Below, piece by piece: positions 1 to 11,838 of a stretch of DNA of 64,000 nucleotides. The notes below the pieces were generated by a model that had not been told where the DNA came from, ran no database searches, and saw nothing but the letters and a program-made list of their open reading frames with translations. This stretch comes from Girardia tigrina (lineage: Eukaryota), in assembly GCA_001938485.1 (NCBI GenBank), contig MQRK01250764.1:33326-97325 (forward strand), read 5' to 3'. The position numbers and the translations under genes were made by a program. Each line of letters opens with the position of its first letter. The stretch's first letter is position 1.

Positions 1-78
1 CAAGAACCTTACTCGATCGACTCATTTGCGAGTGCTCGCTAATCCGGGTTTTGAGATGACGATTTGTCTCTCCGATGT
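1..78 (-). mobile_element. Penelope-like element GIY-YIG endonuclease fragment (target of a LINE insertion)
   Basis: Minus strand reads (H)IGETNRHLKTRISEHSQMSRSSKVL, matching the YIGETxRxLxxRIxEH motif of PLE GIY-YIG domains; runs off the window edge. Confidence 0.75.
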
Positions 79-314
79 GGGCCTCCCATCTCTGTAATGG
101 TATTGAGCCTAAGGCTCTTCAGAGGGTCCACCCAAACTAAAGTCCTTAAGGACCCTCCAATAGGCATCCTACGGGATCAGTGGCCTTCCGCCTCTGAGCA
201 GTCGGCTTGCCAGTAACGAGCGACCAACCATGGAACTTGGTACTATGGCCGTACATGCCGTTGGCTGTTACGGTGGACGCGTAACAACCGCGAAATGGGC
301 ACTTGAATTGTCCT
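79..314 (-). mobile_element. 3' end of RTE-like LINE (last zinc finger + 3' UTR), same family as 27581-30667
   Basis: Translates GQFKCPFRGCYASTVTANGMYGHSTKFHGWSLVTGKP...DPVGCLLEGP*, homologous to GEFRCPFCGC...HGWSFLTGKP...DPVGG in the 28506-30596 ORF; 79-142 is nearly identical to 30602-30667. Confidence 0.9.
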
Positions 315-1162
315 TGCAGTGACACAAATTTTTATCAGTTATTTATAAATATTAAATATATATAAATAAAATCCTATATTTCTTATTTATAAATTTATGA
401 TGGCAAGTCTAAATTCGAACTACCGATAAACAATACAAAAATACCAATGTTATTTTAAATTAATTTAAAATAAACGAACTTAACAATCATTCCAATAAAA
501 CTGAAAGAATATGATAATAATCCTCAATCAATGAACCAGGCTGAAAAAATTATTTTTCTAAAAAAAATAATTTTCCGTCGTCAAACTAAAAACAATTTGC
601 GATTCTCTAATTTTCCAATACTTAATTATTTAAATATCAAAATTACAAATTTCTTTGAATATTGTACATAAATAAATATATTTATTTGGAAAAACACTTG
701 CGTTATGTATCTTCCACAATTTATTTATCGTTATAAATTAATTTTACCGGAAATAATTTATGCTGCAGTTCAAGGGTATCCGTTTGAATTTAATGGAATT
801 TTAGATAAAGATATTCAAGATCTGAATAGATTTATTTCCTGTCTCTGTATTCTTGATTCGAAAGATAAACAGAAATCTGATACAACTGTAATCAGATTGA
901 GCAAGAAAACGTTTCATTATGTTGCAGTATCAAAGATTCGAGTTCGATTCCCGACAGAATAATTGCAACCAAATCCAATGATTTCCGATTGAAATATTCG
1001 ACTAAACGGATGCCCGTTTCGATTCTATCCGCTAAAAATGACGACGATCGCCGCCACCAGGTGCCGAAATCACCGATCCTCGTGTTGGTGGTCGTGAGGG
1101 CGAAGTCGGCCGCTCTGATCGGGATTTACCATGCGGTAGTCGATCACGGCCGACTACAAAAT

Positions 1163-1175
1163 TGGTGTCAGAAGT
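1163..1175 (+). promoter_or_regulatory. Primer-binding site TGGTGTCAGAAGT (tRNA-Leu type)
   Basis: Lies 4 nt after the LTR-terminal CA; matches the common tRNA-Leu PBS of Gypsy elements. Confidence 0.75.
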
Positions 1176-1370
1176 AATCGGTATTTATATATTTATTTAC
1201 ATATATATATTTAATTATTATTAATTATATAATTACTTATATAATATTTTAATTAATAATAACCATAATCTCATCAACGCCCACCGAGCCGCTTCATTTT
1301 CCGGTCCCCACACGTTGGTTGCGTTTCCACCTAGTCTTTTCTTGTTTAATACACTTCTACACCACCAGTT

Positions 1371-2157
1371 TTGTCCTTCCCAACCGGCAGCCGATTCGAC
1401 ACAGTTCACATAGACATTGTGGGACCTCTGCCAAACTCGAATGGTTTCAGTTACATCCTCAACATGATGGATCGGAACACACGCTGGCCTGAAGCGTTTC
1501 CGTTGTGGACCATAACAACTGAAACCATTGTCGACCATTTCGTCAAACATTGGGTCGCAAGATTTGGCATCCCGAAGAGGATAATCCCCGACTATTATAA
1601 TGAAGAATTCGCTCCGAGCCATGGCAACAACCAAAGATTGGTCCAAGCAAATTCCATACATCCTTCTCGGCTGGAGAAACATACCGAACAGCCGACATGG
1701 TACCTCTCCTGCACAGTTGCTCTTTGGCACCAACACGTCTTTTGTGAACGAGCTCTTCTTCAACGAAGCTACACAAGACGATGCTCTCCTCTCAGCAGCT
1801 CGCGCGCACTTTCTACAAGCAGACAGGAAGCCTACACATCCCGAATCCAACAAAATCTTCGTCCCAAAGGAGCTCGCTTCAACCGAATTTGTCTGGCTAC
1901 AACGAGAATCTCCAACTTCACTCCAAGATCGATACACTGGACCTCACCGGCTCATTAAATTCACGGCCGAGAACAATACAGAACTTATTGATTTTCAAGG
2001 CACTGAACGGACTGTCAACATCTCTAAACTCAAACCATGCATCCATATCGAGGACATGGCAGTTGACACTCCAACATCAGCCTTGAAACGCCGTTCAGTT
2101 TCCTTCTCACCATGGGTCCAATACAACGACTTCCAGATCGCCGCAACGAAGACTTAG
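1371..2157 (+). pseudogene. Gypsy integrase remnant (rve core, GPY/F-like tail), frameshifted and internally deleted
   Basis: RFDTVHIDIVGPLP...DRNTRWPEAFPL...WVARFGIPKRI, then in another frame DWSKQIPYILLGWRN...SPAQLLFG...YTGPHR. Confidence 0.9.
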
Positions 2158-2204
2158 GCATCCACATGCTCCGCATTTTCAGTTGGGGGTCTGATGTAGT
2201 GACA

Positions 2205-2660
2205 GTCCTCTTGCAGTCTTGTAATCGGCTGGTAGTCGGTATTGTAGGTGCGTCTCTTCAGCATCGTCGTTCGGTTGTATCCTCGGCATACTCACAGTTG
2301 CGTCCGGCAACTGAGGATTGGATTGGTTTGATGTCGGCTCTTCCTCGTTCTCTTCTTCCAAGTTTTCTTTTCTCTGGGGGTTGGATGTTGGCGTTTCTTG
2401 ATGATTCTTCTGAATATGAATCCTTAGGAAACCAGCGGCCTTGTATTCTTTCGGACAGTGTTGATATTGATATTTTCCTTTCTTCTGACGTGGCTGGGCT
2501 TTCTTCTTTCTCTTCTTCCATGGGATTGGCTCTGCTCCTTCGTGATCTCTTCTGAGATGCCTGTTTAACTCCTTCACTTCCGCATATTGTTTGTAACAGG
2601 CATCCATCGGGCAGCTGTGTTCTTTCAGACGAGGTAGCAAAGCACTCAAAGACCTCATAT
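2205..2660 (-). mobile_element. RTE-like LINE fragment (two zinc fingers), upstream half of the copy at 79-314
   Basis: CPMDACYKQYAEVKELNRHLRRDH versus CPVERCYKEFAEKKELNRHMKRDH in the long copy; removing 315-2209 restores YKTARGQFKC in frame. Confidence 0.9.
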
Positions 2661-3963
2661 GGTCGAGAATTTACTAACTAAAAGTGATGACACCATAATA
2701 TATCAACTTAAGTTAATATATTACATCTATATTACTTTGTAAAGTGCAGAAAGGTTAAGTAAACATCAATTTCTCAAGCGGCTACTGATGGTTTGTTTGC
2801 GGGAAGGGAATTCATCGCGTTTAGTGTTTCGTGATTTGTGAAAGAAAACTTCAAAAAAGAATTATATTTGATTGATTTATATATGTTTTATATGTTTTTT
2901 CAAAACAACATCGATAAAAGAATTATTGTCTCAAAAAATTGGCAAAAGTCTCTAAACGCAGTAGCTATAGCATATCATTTATATGTCCTCTATTCCCAAT
3001 GTTTTTCCTATTCGCAGTAGGTAAGTAAATGAAATAAAATTCCTCTAAGCCCAAATATTAATATTAATTGACACATTAAAGGAAAGAGTATAATATCATT
3101 GCCAAGAAATTTTAGCGAGCAAAAAGATAATCTGAGCACGTCGCACATTCATGTATTTTGGAAGAAGCAGCAACAAACAAATTTCTATTAATAAAAAATA
3201 ATATAAATTTAAATGATAAATGATAAAGATATTAAAATTAAATTGGAAAATAATAAAGTTGTTTAACATTAATTACCTCAGACGAAAAAGAAGAAATATG
3301 TATTATTATTACATCTCTGACAACAAAGATTTTAACAAAAAATTCTTCCGAATAACTCTTAAAATAAATGCTAAACAATTAAAATTCAATTATTTATGAT
3401 ATTAACTTTTTTAAAATTAATTAAGATTTTTTTTACTAATAACTGTTTAAAACTTTTGATTTTATTTTAGAGATTATTTATAACAATTAATTATTTCCAA
3501 AAATTTAAAGAATGAGCTTGTTCTTTTTTTAAGAATTTAAAAGGTTTTTATTTTAAAGAATTTTTTTATTTTAATTAATCGAACATTGTTTTTAATTTAC
3601 TTAAAATACAAATATGATTTTTAAAAAATATCAAAAATTTAAAGTTCACCAAAAGTAACCCCAACACTTGAAATTTAAATTGTTACAATATTCAAGATTT
3701 AATATCGATGAGGAACTCGAGTATTCCATAATCGTTCAATAAAAAAATCTCGTTTGACGATATTTTTGAGAGCGATTGTAATTAACTATGAACAATTAAT
3801 TAAGACAAAATTCAACAAACTCGATCGATAGCAAACTTTATTTATTTTTTTAATCATAATCACACGTTTCCATAGTTCCGTATTATTCAAACAATCAAAA
3901 CAGAAATTTCCATTCAAAAAAAATAATATTCACAATTTTCAGAAAAAAAACAATCAACACTTT

Positions 3964-3966
<3 letters not shown>

Positions 3967-4002
<36 letters not shown>
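3967..4002. repeat. (AT)n microsatellite
   Basis: Direct reading. Confidence 0.95.
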
Positions 4003-4006
<4 letters not shown>

Positions 4007-5089
4007 TTTGATAAAAATTTTTAATTACAAAAAAACTTTTATTATATCAAATTTCTATCCGGAACACTGATAATAATTTCAAATATTCTTATATTATTTG
4101 CATATGCTCATTTTATCAAAAATAATATTTTTATAATGTCTTTCTGTCTTGTTATCAGAATACTATTTATTGTATTTAAGGTTCTCATAAACGTTTGTGA
4201 AGTTAATAGTATCACAGTCTAACGGCTGGTTCGTAATGGTTATACTTATCAATGCTCGGTCAACCATTATATTTTTCTCTTCCAGCAGCAGTTATGATGC
4301 AGAATCAATAGACGTAAATCATTAATTTAATCTTCCGCAAAGTTATAAGGTCCTTCAGAACATCTGTTTCTCCTTCCTTAGTTCAAAAAATATGTCTTCG
4401 GTTTTCCTTGATAGAAGAAAGCCACCTGAAAAAGAGAATATCATATAATAACGAAAACAATAAAAAGTTGCGAGACAAATCGTTGCCTGTTTCGTTAACA
4501 AAAGAGAGTAGTTTATGATTTAAAGACAAAATTCGTTTAAAAATTCTTTTCATAAATTAATAACAATATTTTTTCATTTTTTGTCGCCATTAAAATTATA
4601 TTTTCTAGTAGAAAGATTTAGAAAGAATAAAATGTTTCTAATTAAATGAAAATTTCATTTTTATTTTGTATAATTTCTGAAAATTCTGCAGTTAAATTTG
4701 ATAAATATTTAATTATTCCATTTGTTTGAACGAAAGGAATTTCTTTATTTATTTTATATATAAAGTAATTTTTTATTATATAAAATAAAATATTTCATCC
4801 TCTTAGAACAATCGATAATTGATTTTATAAATAAAAAATTAAAATTATTATTTAATAATTATTTTTTTTAATTTCCTGAACTCTTTTGAATTGTATTTCA
4901 TTCTTGAAACGATATTTATAACCTTTCTCCTTTTCACAAATACAAAAGTATAATTTATTCCCGTTTCGTCGTTTCTTTTGTGATCTGGAATCTGGACATT
5001 GAAAGACGTACCTGATTGTCTTTTGTTCACTTTGTTAGGCAAATTCAGCCTCAAAACGGAAAGAAGTATTCAGTAATTATAAAAATATT

Positions 5090-5769
5090 GTTATCAATCA
5101 TCTCCCATAATGAGGCCCTCGTTAATTGCTCTCATTGTCCCTAAACTCAACCCGTCCCGCAAACAATTCGCAAATAGACTCAAACAGTATTTCTTTTCAT
5201 TAGACAAACAAATCTTTTTACGATTCTCAAGTATTAATGATGAAAATGTTTTACCGTGAAAATATCACAATAATTGAAATGGACATACGGTAAATATTCG
5301 GTCCTTTAGTTATTGTTGATTCTAGAAAATATCTACATTAATTGATATTGATGAGAATGAAAGCATTTTTATCAAACTTTCTTTTTAGGTTTGAGATCCT
5401 TGGATTTCTTTGTCTGCTGTTATCAACCAAGTTAATTCATGATGCGGGCGCTGGAGTGAGTAGAGAACTCCTCGGAAACTAAAATAGAAAAATATATGAT
5501 CAATAATTATATAATTTTAATACCAATTAATAAAAAAAGACATTTTAAATTAGTTTTATCCATTGGATCCTGTTGATTTGGGTATTTTTCTCGAGAAAAT
5601 TGGAAGCCTGGCTTTTTGATCTTTGTTTCATCTTAAATTGGCTATCTTCGGATTGTTGCCATCAGCCGATATTGTTTATGATAATCGTAAAAATTGTCTG
5701 GTTATGGATATGGCAAGTTTTTTGTCACAGACGAATAGTACGAGTAATGATCATAATTTCTCCATTTAA
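5090..5769 (+). pseudogene. Degenerate multi-exon coding relic, product unknown
   Basis: Coding-like blocks with GT/AG-like borders (donor ~5289, acceptors ~5388 and ~5553) and in-frame stops, e.g. YPLDPVDLGIFLEKIGSLAF*SLFHLKLAIFGLLP. Confidence 0.3.
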
Positions 5770-7519
5770 AATTGTACAAATGCATTCTGTAAAAATTTAG
5801 CTATAAAATTAAATTCGAAATAATTTTTAAATAAAACGAAATCGTTGACTCGATATATCGACGACCTATATCGGGTTTTGAATCGTCATGCACAGCGGTA
5901 AAGCGAGAGTAATTTGCACCATTCCTAGCACGACATGTCACAGGAGTACGAATTCGTCTGGACTTGTTTACAATATTAATTCATTTTTATTGGATAGATT
6001 TAATCTAAAACATTGTTTTGTGAATTAAGGTTATTAGGTTCATTAAACATTTAATCTTCTTTAGTTATTTTACAATAAATTATTATTTTTTTTTACTTTT
6101 ATACTTTAATATTAATTTTAAATGTTTTGATAGCTTTAATTCAAATATTTAAAAGAGTTTCCCGAATTCCTCACAAAATTAAAAATTGGTTTTCTTCTGA
6201 TGTGTTCCTTTATCTGATTGAGTTGACGGAGACGGGGTAACGACCTTAAAGCTGCCGATCTGTTACAGGAAATGGCATGTGCTTATAGTGCCTTCCGAGA
6301 CTTTTGCTGATCTAGAATAAAAGCTACAGATCTGTTAATAGGGATTGACAAAGGCTATTAGTTTTTGTTTTTTTTGTTGTTTCATCAAATAATGCCTCCT
6401 CATCATCAATTTTTTAAAATGGATTGATTTTTGAGTACATTTTTATTCTTCGTCTTTTGATTAATTAAAAATTGTATGAATTTTGTTCATGTTTTTTTAC
6501 TTTGGGGTTAAAGTACAAAGTTTGAATTTAAATAAAAATAAATGACAGATTTAAATAATAAAATGATCAATTAAAACAGTCTTGCCTAACAGACTCAGAT
6601 TAAAAACTCTCAAATAAAAATATCTTAAAGAACCCGAGATGTCCCCATACTTTATAATTATAAAATGAATTTTATATTGTACAATAACAGCCGGAGGCCC
6701 ATTTTAGACATATTAAGAAATCTTAAGGCACCAAATTTAACTTACTATTATACTCATCACAGAAATTTCTAGAACAAAATTTTGTTTATCAGAAAAGGGA
6801 AATTTAATTTATAAGATTAATTATACGTGGTGTGTTCAATAAGTTCCAGGCCTGACATAATTTTCATAAAAATACAACTTTCATGCTTTACCTTAATACA
6901 ACTCTATAAATGTAAACGATTTCAATATGCTTGATTTTTAACATAATGTCCTTTGCGCTCCGCCCACTTCCGCCAACAAATAACAACTCAAACAACAATC
7001 TTCTTGAGGGAGCATGATTCGAAGAAATTCGCTACGGCAAATCAAGGTCGGTTCAATAATTATTGAACTTACTATATAATTTAAAATAATCATTTATAAG
7101 TAACGTCATAACAATTTAAGTATTTATGAGACGCTTGATAAACTTGATAAAAAGAGCTATCTTTTTCAAGCAGAAGAAATAAATTAAAACAAATATTGTG
7201 TTAAGAGCATTGATATAATCATCACAATTAAGAACACAAATTGGATTTTCAAAACATTTATTGGTATCGCAATCCGAATTGCCATTATGACGATTCTCCA
7301 CAAAGTTTTTGTAGCTCGTCATTGTTCTTGATTGATAAATTAAATTTTTTTTAAATGTCTTAATTTTCAAATAAATTTAAATTACAATCCGATTACAAAA
7401 TAATTTATAATTTAAATTACAAATAATGTTAATTATTTTTTAAAAAATTGAAAATATATTCTTTATGATATATTAATTTAATTTTAAAGTTGGTTATTTA
7501 AATGTTTAAATTGATGTAA

Positions 7520-7625
7520 TAATCCGATGTTTTAAAATATTTAAGATATCAATCTTCCATCTGGGTCGATGAAACACAATCCTAAAACAACATACAAATT
7601 TTACCATTCTAAAATATTCCTCACA
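7520..7625 (-). repeat. Dispersed bipartite repeat copy (TGTGAGGAAT...CCAGATGGA family)
   Basis: TCCATCTGGG...AAAATATTCCTCACA; closely similar to the reverse complement of 21915-22000. Confidence 0.75.
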
Positions 7626-9091
7626 CATATTAAAACTTTATTATATCTCATTATTTTCAAAATTATTTTACTTAAAAGTATAATTTATTTCACTTACATT
7701 TATCTATTCAAAATTTTATTTAAAATATTAAAAAGTTTTAATTATGTTTTAAATTTTAATCAGTTTCAACACCTCATTAAAATAATTTTATTTGAAATCA
7801 CTAGATTCGAATCCGGTACAGAATATCGTCTGGTCGATCGTTTCAGTTGATTCACATTACTCAGAATAAATGCACAGGTCAAGTTTGAGTGGGTCGCATT
7901 GAGTGGAAGAAGTTTCGCCTCAAATATCGATTGTTGTTTTGTTGTCATTTGGAACTATTATCAAATGTCTCGCCGTTACCTTATATGAAGTTGGAACTAC
8001 AATTAATCATAGTGTATTTTCACTATTTTATAATTAAATGAATTAATTTGTTTTTGTCAAAATATGCATTAGTAAAATGTGTATTAATTTATTTAAAGTT
8101 TTTGTACATCGACGAAATTCGACCTGATTATGAGAATTATAATTTATCGAAATGCGTCCAATTTTTTTAAAATTTCCCTTAAAAAATTTTTAAAGTTTCA
8201 TTTTATTTATATTTCCATTCATTTGACATCAAAGTTTTATAATTTTTTTAATAATTTTGTAAGAACTTTTAAGGAAAAATAAAAATCTTTTATCTTCGAT
8301 CGGATTAATTTATATCATTATTTATATTTATTCGTTCTCTTATTTTAATCAGATAAATTAATTTTTTATTCTTTTATTATAATTTCAATTCGTTTTTAAA
8401 GAATGTTTTCTTTTGTGTTTAATGAACGCAAAAACAAAATTAATATTTGTACTTATTATTTTATATTTCTATAAAAAAGTTCGTTGTAAAATTTATTTAT
8501 TAATTGTTCTATCATTTCGGATTTATTAATTTTTATTGTTAAATAATTTTTATTTTATTAATTGGTGTATTATTTTTCGGCTTATTCAACAAATTATTTA
8601 TGCAAAATAAATGCTTTAAGTCTATTTTGAGATATAATTAGAAATAAAAACAATTATAAAATAAATAATTTGAAAAAAAATAATTTATTAAATATTAAAA
8701 TATTTTATCATATTTTTTATGCAATTTTTTGAGTTTTAATTCTTTTTGGTTTTTTAAATTCATTATTATTAATGTTTCTTTTTTATTTTTTTTTAATAGA
8801 CAAATATCACTATTAACAACATCAATATGTTTTTATGAATATTTCTTATTATTACAAATAGAATTTTCATTACAACAATTCTTCAAATCACTTTCACTAT
8901 ACGACACCTTCGCGGCATGATTGAGAAATTCGCGGAAGATGCCGAAATTTGCGATAGCGCGATAACCGCGAAAAATTGACAGCCGTACTGATCATATACG
9001 ACAATGGCGTAGGCATTTATGGACATGTAATACATTATCTGTATGAGGAGTTTGGATATTTTCTTTCATAATTGATTTGAGATTTGAATAA

Positions 9092-9337
9092 TTGAATCAT
9101 AAAATACTGAATGTAGATGTCGGGACTGGGATTGGCCTGATTCGTCTTGATTGCCTCTTGCATTCGCCAATTGTACGGGCGTTGAACGCTCATATTTCTA
9201 GATCGTTTAATTCGCAAACGTCAGCTTATTGTCGGAGCATGTTCTCGATGAATAAGAATTTCTGTCAGTTTTATTCAGCATTACCATATATATCAGATTT
9301 ACACCGCAGGAAAAGAAGTTCATTCAATATAAAATAA
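9092..9337 (+). pseudogene. Possible SAM-dependent (HemK/PrmC-like) methyltransferase relic
   Basis: VDVGTGIGLI resembles SAM motif I and SALPYI resembles the NPPY motif; short and degenerate. Confidence 0.3.
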
Positions 9338-9529
9338 ACCATAATTAAAAATGTCATAATAACATTTAAATCAAAATCCGCCATTATGTTTTATTTTCAA
9401 AATAGTTATTCAAATTTTTTATCAGCTTAAACGACACATTAAGTAATGGTTCTAAATCTAAAATTTAACCATAATCCTCTGTTTGGAAGTTTGTGAAAAT
9501 TTAAAAGGAAGAACTGTAACAATGGACAT

Positions 9530-10060
9530 TATCCAAATACTATAAAAAATTCCCGTGGTTGGTATCATCTATGTATCATCTATGCCACCAGAATTATATG
9601 CCACCAGAATTATATGCCACTGTAAAAGATAAGAAATCGTTTCTTCAAAGTTTGCGTTTACAAGTGATACAAATCTAGTATCACATATCCCTTAAAAACA
9701 GAAGTATTAATTTTCAGAGCTCAAAGCATCAAAAAGAATGATCCAGAAAAAAAGCCGCAAAATCTTTTTGGGTTACCATAAAACTAAAGGAGATATTGAT
9801 ACTGAAAATTTTTGGACCTTCACCGTATTTTCTTATACAAATGACAATCGTCACCAATGCATTCGCGCTTGTTACTCAGATTGTTCCAAAATGAAACATT
9901 CAAAAACATCATAGAAGGCAACTTTTTATTGAAAATGTGGGCGAAAATTTGATTGAAGAACATCCTTCTAGTAGAATTTACCCAATTTGGTAAATAATGT
10001 ACAAAATCAGTTCAGATAATCTATCCTAATTTTTACAATTACTAATTTTCAACTTCAATA
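9530..10060 (+). mobile_element. piggyBac transposase C-terminal relic
   Basis: Frameshifted pieces SKFAFTSDTNLVSHIP, KKPQ, YHKTKGDIDT, WTFTVF and NAFAL correspond to piggyBac TLVSYVP / KPE / YNxTKGGVD / WPxxVF / NAY motifs. Confidence 0.55.
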
Positions 10061-10665
10061 TATTCTGTAAAAGCAAAGCATAAAGCGCGTATGCTCGGAA
10101 TTTAAAATTCAAATAATTATTATATATTTTTGTATTATCATTATTTATAATCCTCTTCTTATGACAATTCAAATCGACATTTAGCCTCATTTACAATCAT
10201 TGAGCGACAATCTCTGATACTGTTATTGCTGTGATTCGCTTTTGCTTGGTATACTTCGATATAAGATTTATTAAATTAATTAAATAAAATAAAGAAATTA
10301 GTTAAAGCAAAAAAAGGGATTAAAATAACACTTGAATTTAAATAAATCATGTTCAATATTTGTGAATAAACAAAGACTGTTTTCTTTGTATTTACGATGA
10401 CTCATCAAGTCACGCTCTAATTTGAAACTGTGTGTGTGTCATTTGGCCAAAGAAAGAGCGATTGTCGTTCCAGTGAAGTACGGAGAGAGAAAAATGAATA
10501 ACTTGCTCTGATTGCCTAGCCAATCAAAATGAGTTCCTTGCTCGAGGGACATTTTATCTCTCACTTTTTTGATTTTTTGATCGTGATAAACAAATTTTAA
10601 ATGTCGTCTTTCAATTTATCGTTTTTTATTTAATGAATTGTGAGACCAGCAATTTTCTTTATTAA

Positions 10666-10897
10666 CCCTTAATAACCTAGAGTTTCAATTTTGATATCAA
10701 TCTTTTAAACCAAATGTTCACATTACTATTAGTTTTTTTTATAGGTTGGCTGCACGTATTTTACTGTTGTATAATATTCTTTCCAACGAAATTAAAAAAA
10801 ATCAAATGTCATTATTGTTTTATTTTATCTATGACATATTACTTGCGCGGCAAAGTGAACAAGTAAACACATTTTACTAAAATCAGGCTACTAAGGG
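10666..10897. mobile_element. piggyBac-type MITE (232 bp)
   Basis: TTAA on both sides (10662-10665, 10898-10901); imperfect TIRs CCCTTAATAACCT / AGGCTACTAAGGG. Confidence 0.8.
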
Positions 10898-11418
10898 TTA
10901 ATTTTAGATTTACTCAATTTTATTTTGATTTCTCATCAATTGAATGATTTTATTTATCGATTGACGATTCAAAAGGTTAATATTGTCGATTATCATTGTC
11001 GTTTTGAAAAGAAAAATTTTGACGAATAAATATTAATTGTAAATTGTAGTTGTCTCGAAAAGTCTTTATCAGTGAAAATACATATATAATAACTTAAGAA
11101 ATAAAAAAAAATGATCTCTTCGCAAAACAAAATATTATGTCAATGGGCCCAGCACATCGAGACCAAGCTCCTCATTTAAATATGACAGAGCACATCTGCT
11201 ACCACCTTCCGGTCTTCGGAGAAACTCTGAAATCGGGTGAAACATTGTACGTTGCTACATATGAAATGATTCAGATTAAACGCATGCAAATATATGTCAT
11301 ATAAAAATATTACATGTAAAGAACATTCAAAAGTTATTTACAATATCTGTATTACATATAATTAATTTACTTATTAGAAGTAAATGAAACATTTATTAAT
11401 TTTCCTTTTCTATTCTTT

Positions 11419-11431
11419 TTATTAACTCACT

Positions 11432-11487
<56 letters not shown>

Positions 11488-11838
11488 ATCCATGGACTTT
11501 ACAAACATATTTTTGAAGGGTTTTTAGTCAATCAATTTTCTTCAAACTTTGCACACTTACTTATTCTTGATGATAATAAATGATTATGTAAAAATTTGAT
11601 CGAAAAAACTTTTTTAAGATCCCAAAATGGGAAAAAACGGAAAATTCGGATTTCCCGAACAAAATTAATTGCAAGATATCTATTTATAAATTATAAATAG
11701 TTTATATTGATTTAATGTGTTTTTTTAATTTAAAATATTTTAAATCTTAAATTTTTAAATTTTAAAAACTTTGTTGGCAAAGTAGTTTTGTCTACATAAA
11801 GAATGAATATAATAATTTTAATTTTTACATTTACTAGT
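11419..11838 (+). mobile_element. DINE-1/HINE-like (Helentron-associated) non-autonomous repeat with internal (TA)n(TG)n
   Basis: 5' TTATTAACTCACTTTC, microsatellite, core homologous to 55277-55617, subterminal GCAAAGTAG and 3' TTTACTAGT. Confidence 0.65.

Larger units (their letters stand above)
315..2204 (+). mobile_element. Internally deleted Gypsy-type LTR retrotransposon with 5-bp TSD GTCCT
   Basis: Starts TGCAGTGACA (315); putative 5' LTR ends GACTACA (1158); PBS at 1163-1175; integrase remnant; G-rich PPT-like tract at 2181-2194; ends TGTAGTGACA (2195-2204); GTCCT at 310-314 and 2205-2209. Confidence 0.85.

Noticed and set aside
95-125. CTGAAGA in the LINE 3' UTR as a hammerhead core
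   Set aside because: No GAAA follows the stem, and the other copy reads CTAAAGA.
705-1177. ORFs 705-962 and 989-1177
   Set aside because: Lie inside the putative LTR; no recognisable motif.
1233-1937. 234-aa minus-strand ORF and similar antisense ORFs over the LINE and mariner
   Set aside because: Shadows of the real transposon frames on the opposite strand.
318-2204. 1-LTR circle integrated via 7-bp AGTGACA microhomology
   Set aside because: The 5-bp GTCCT TSD model gives TG...CA ends and restores the LINE protein with no extra residues.
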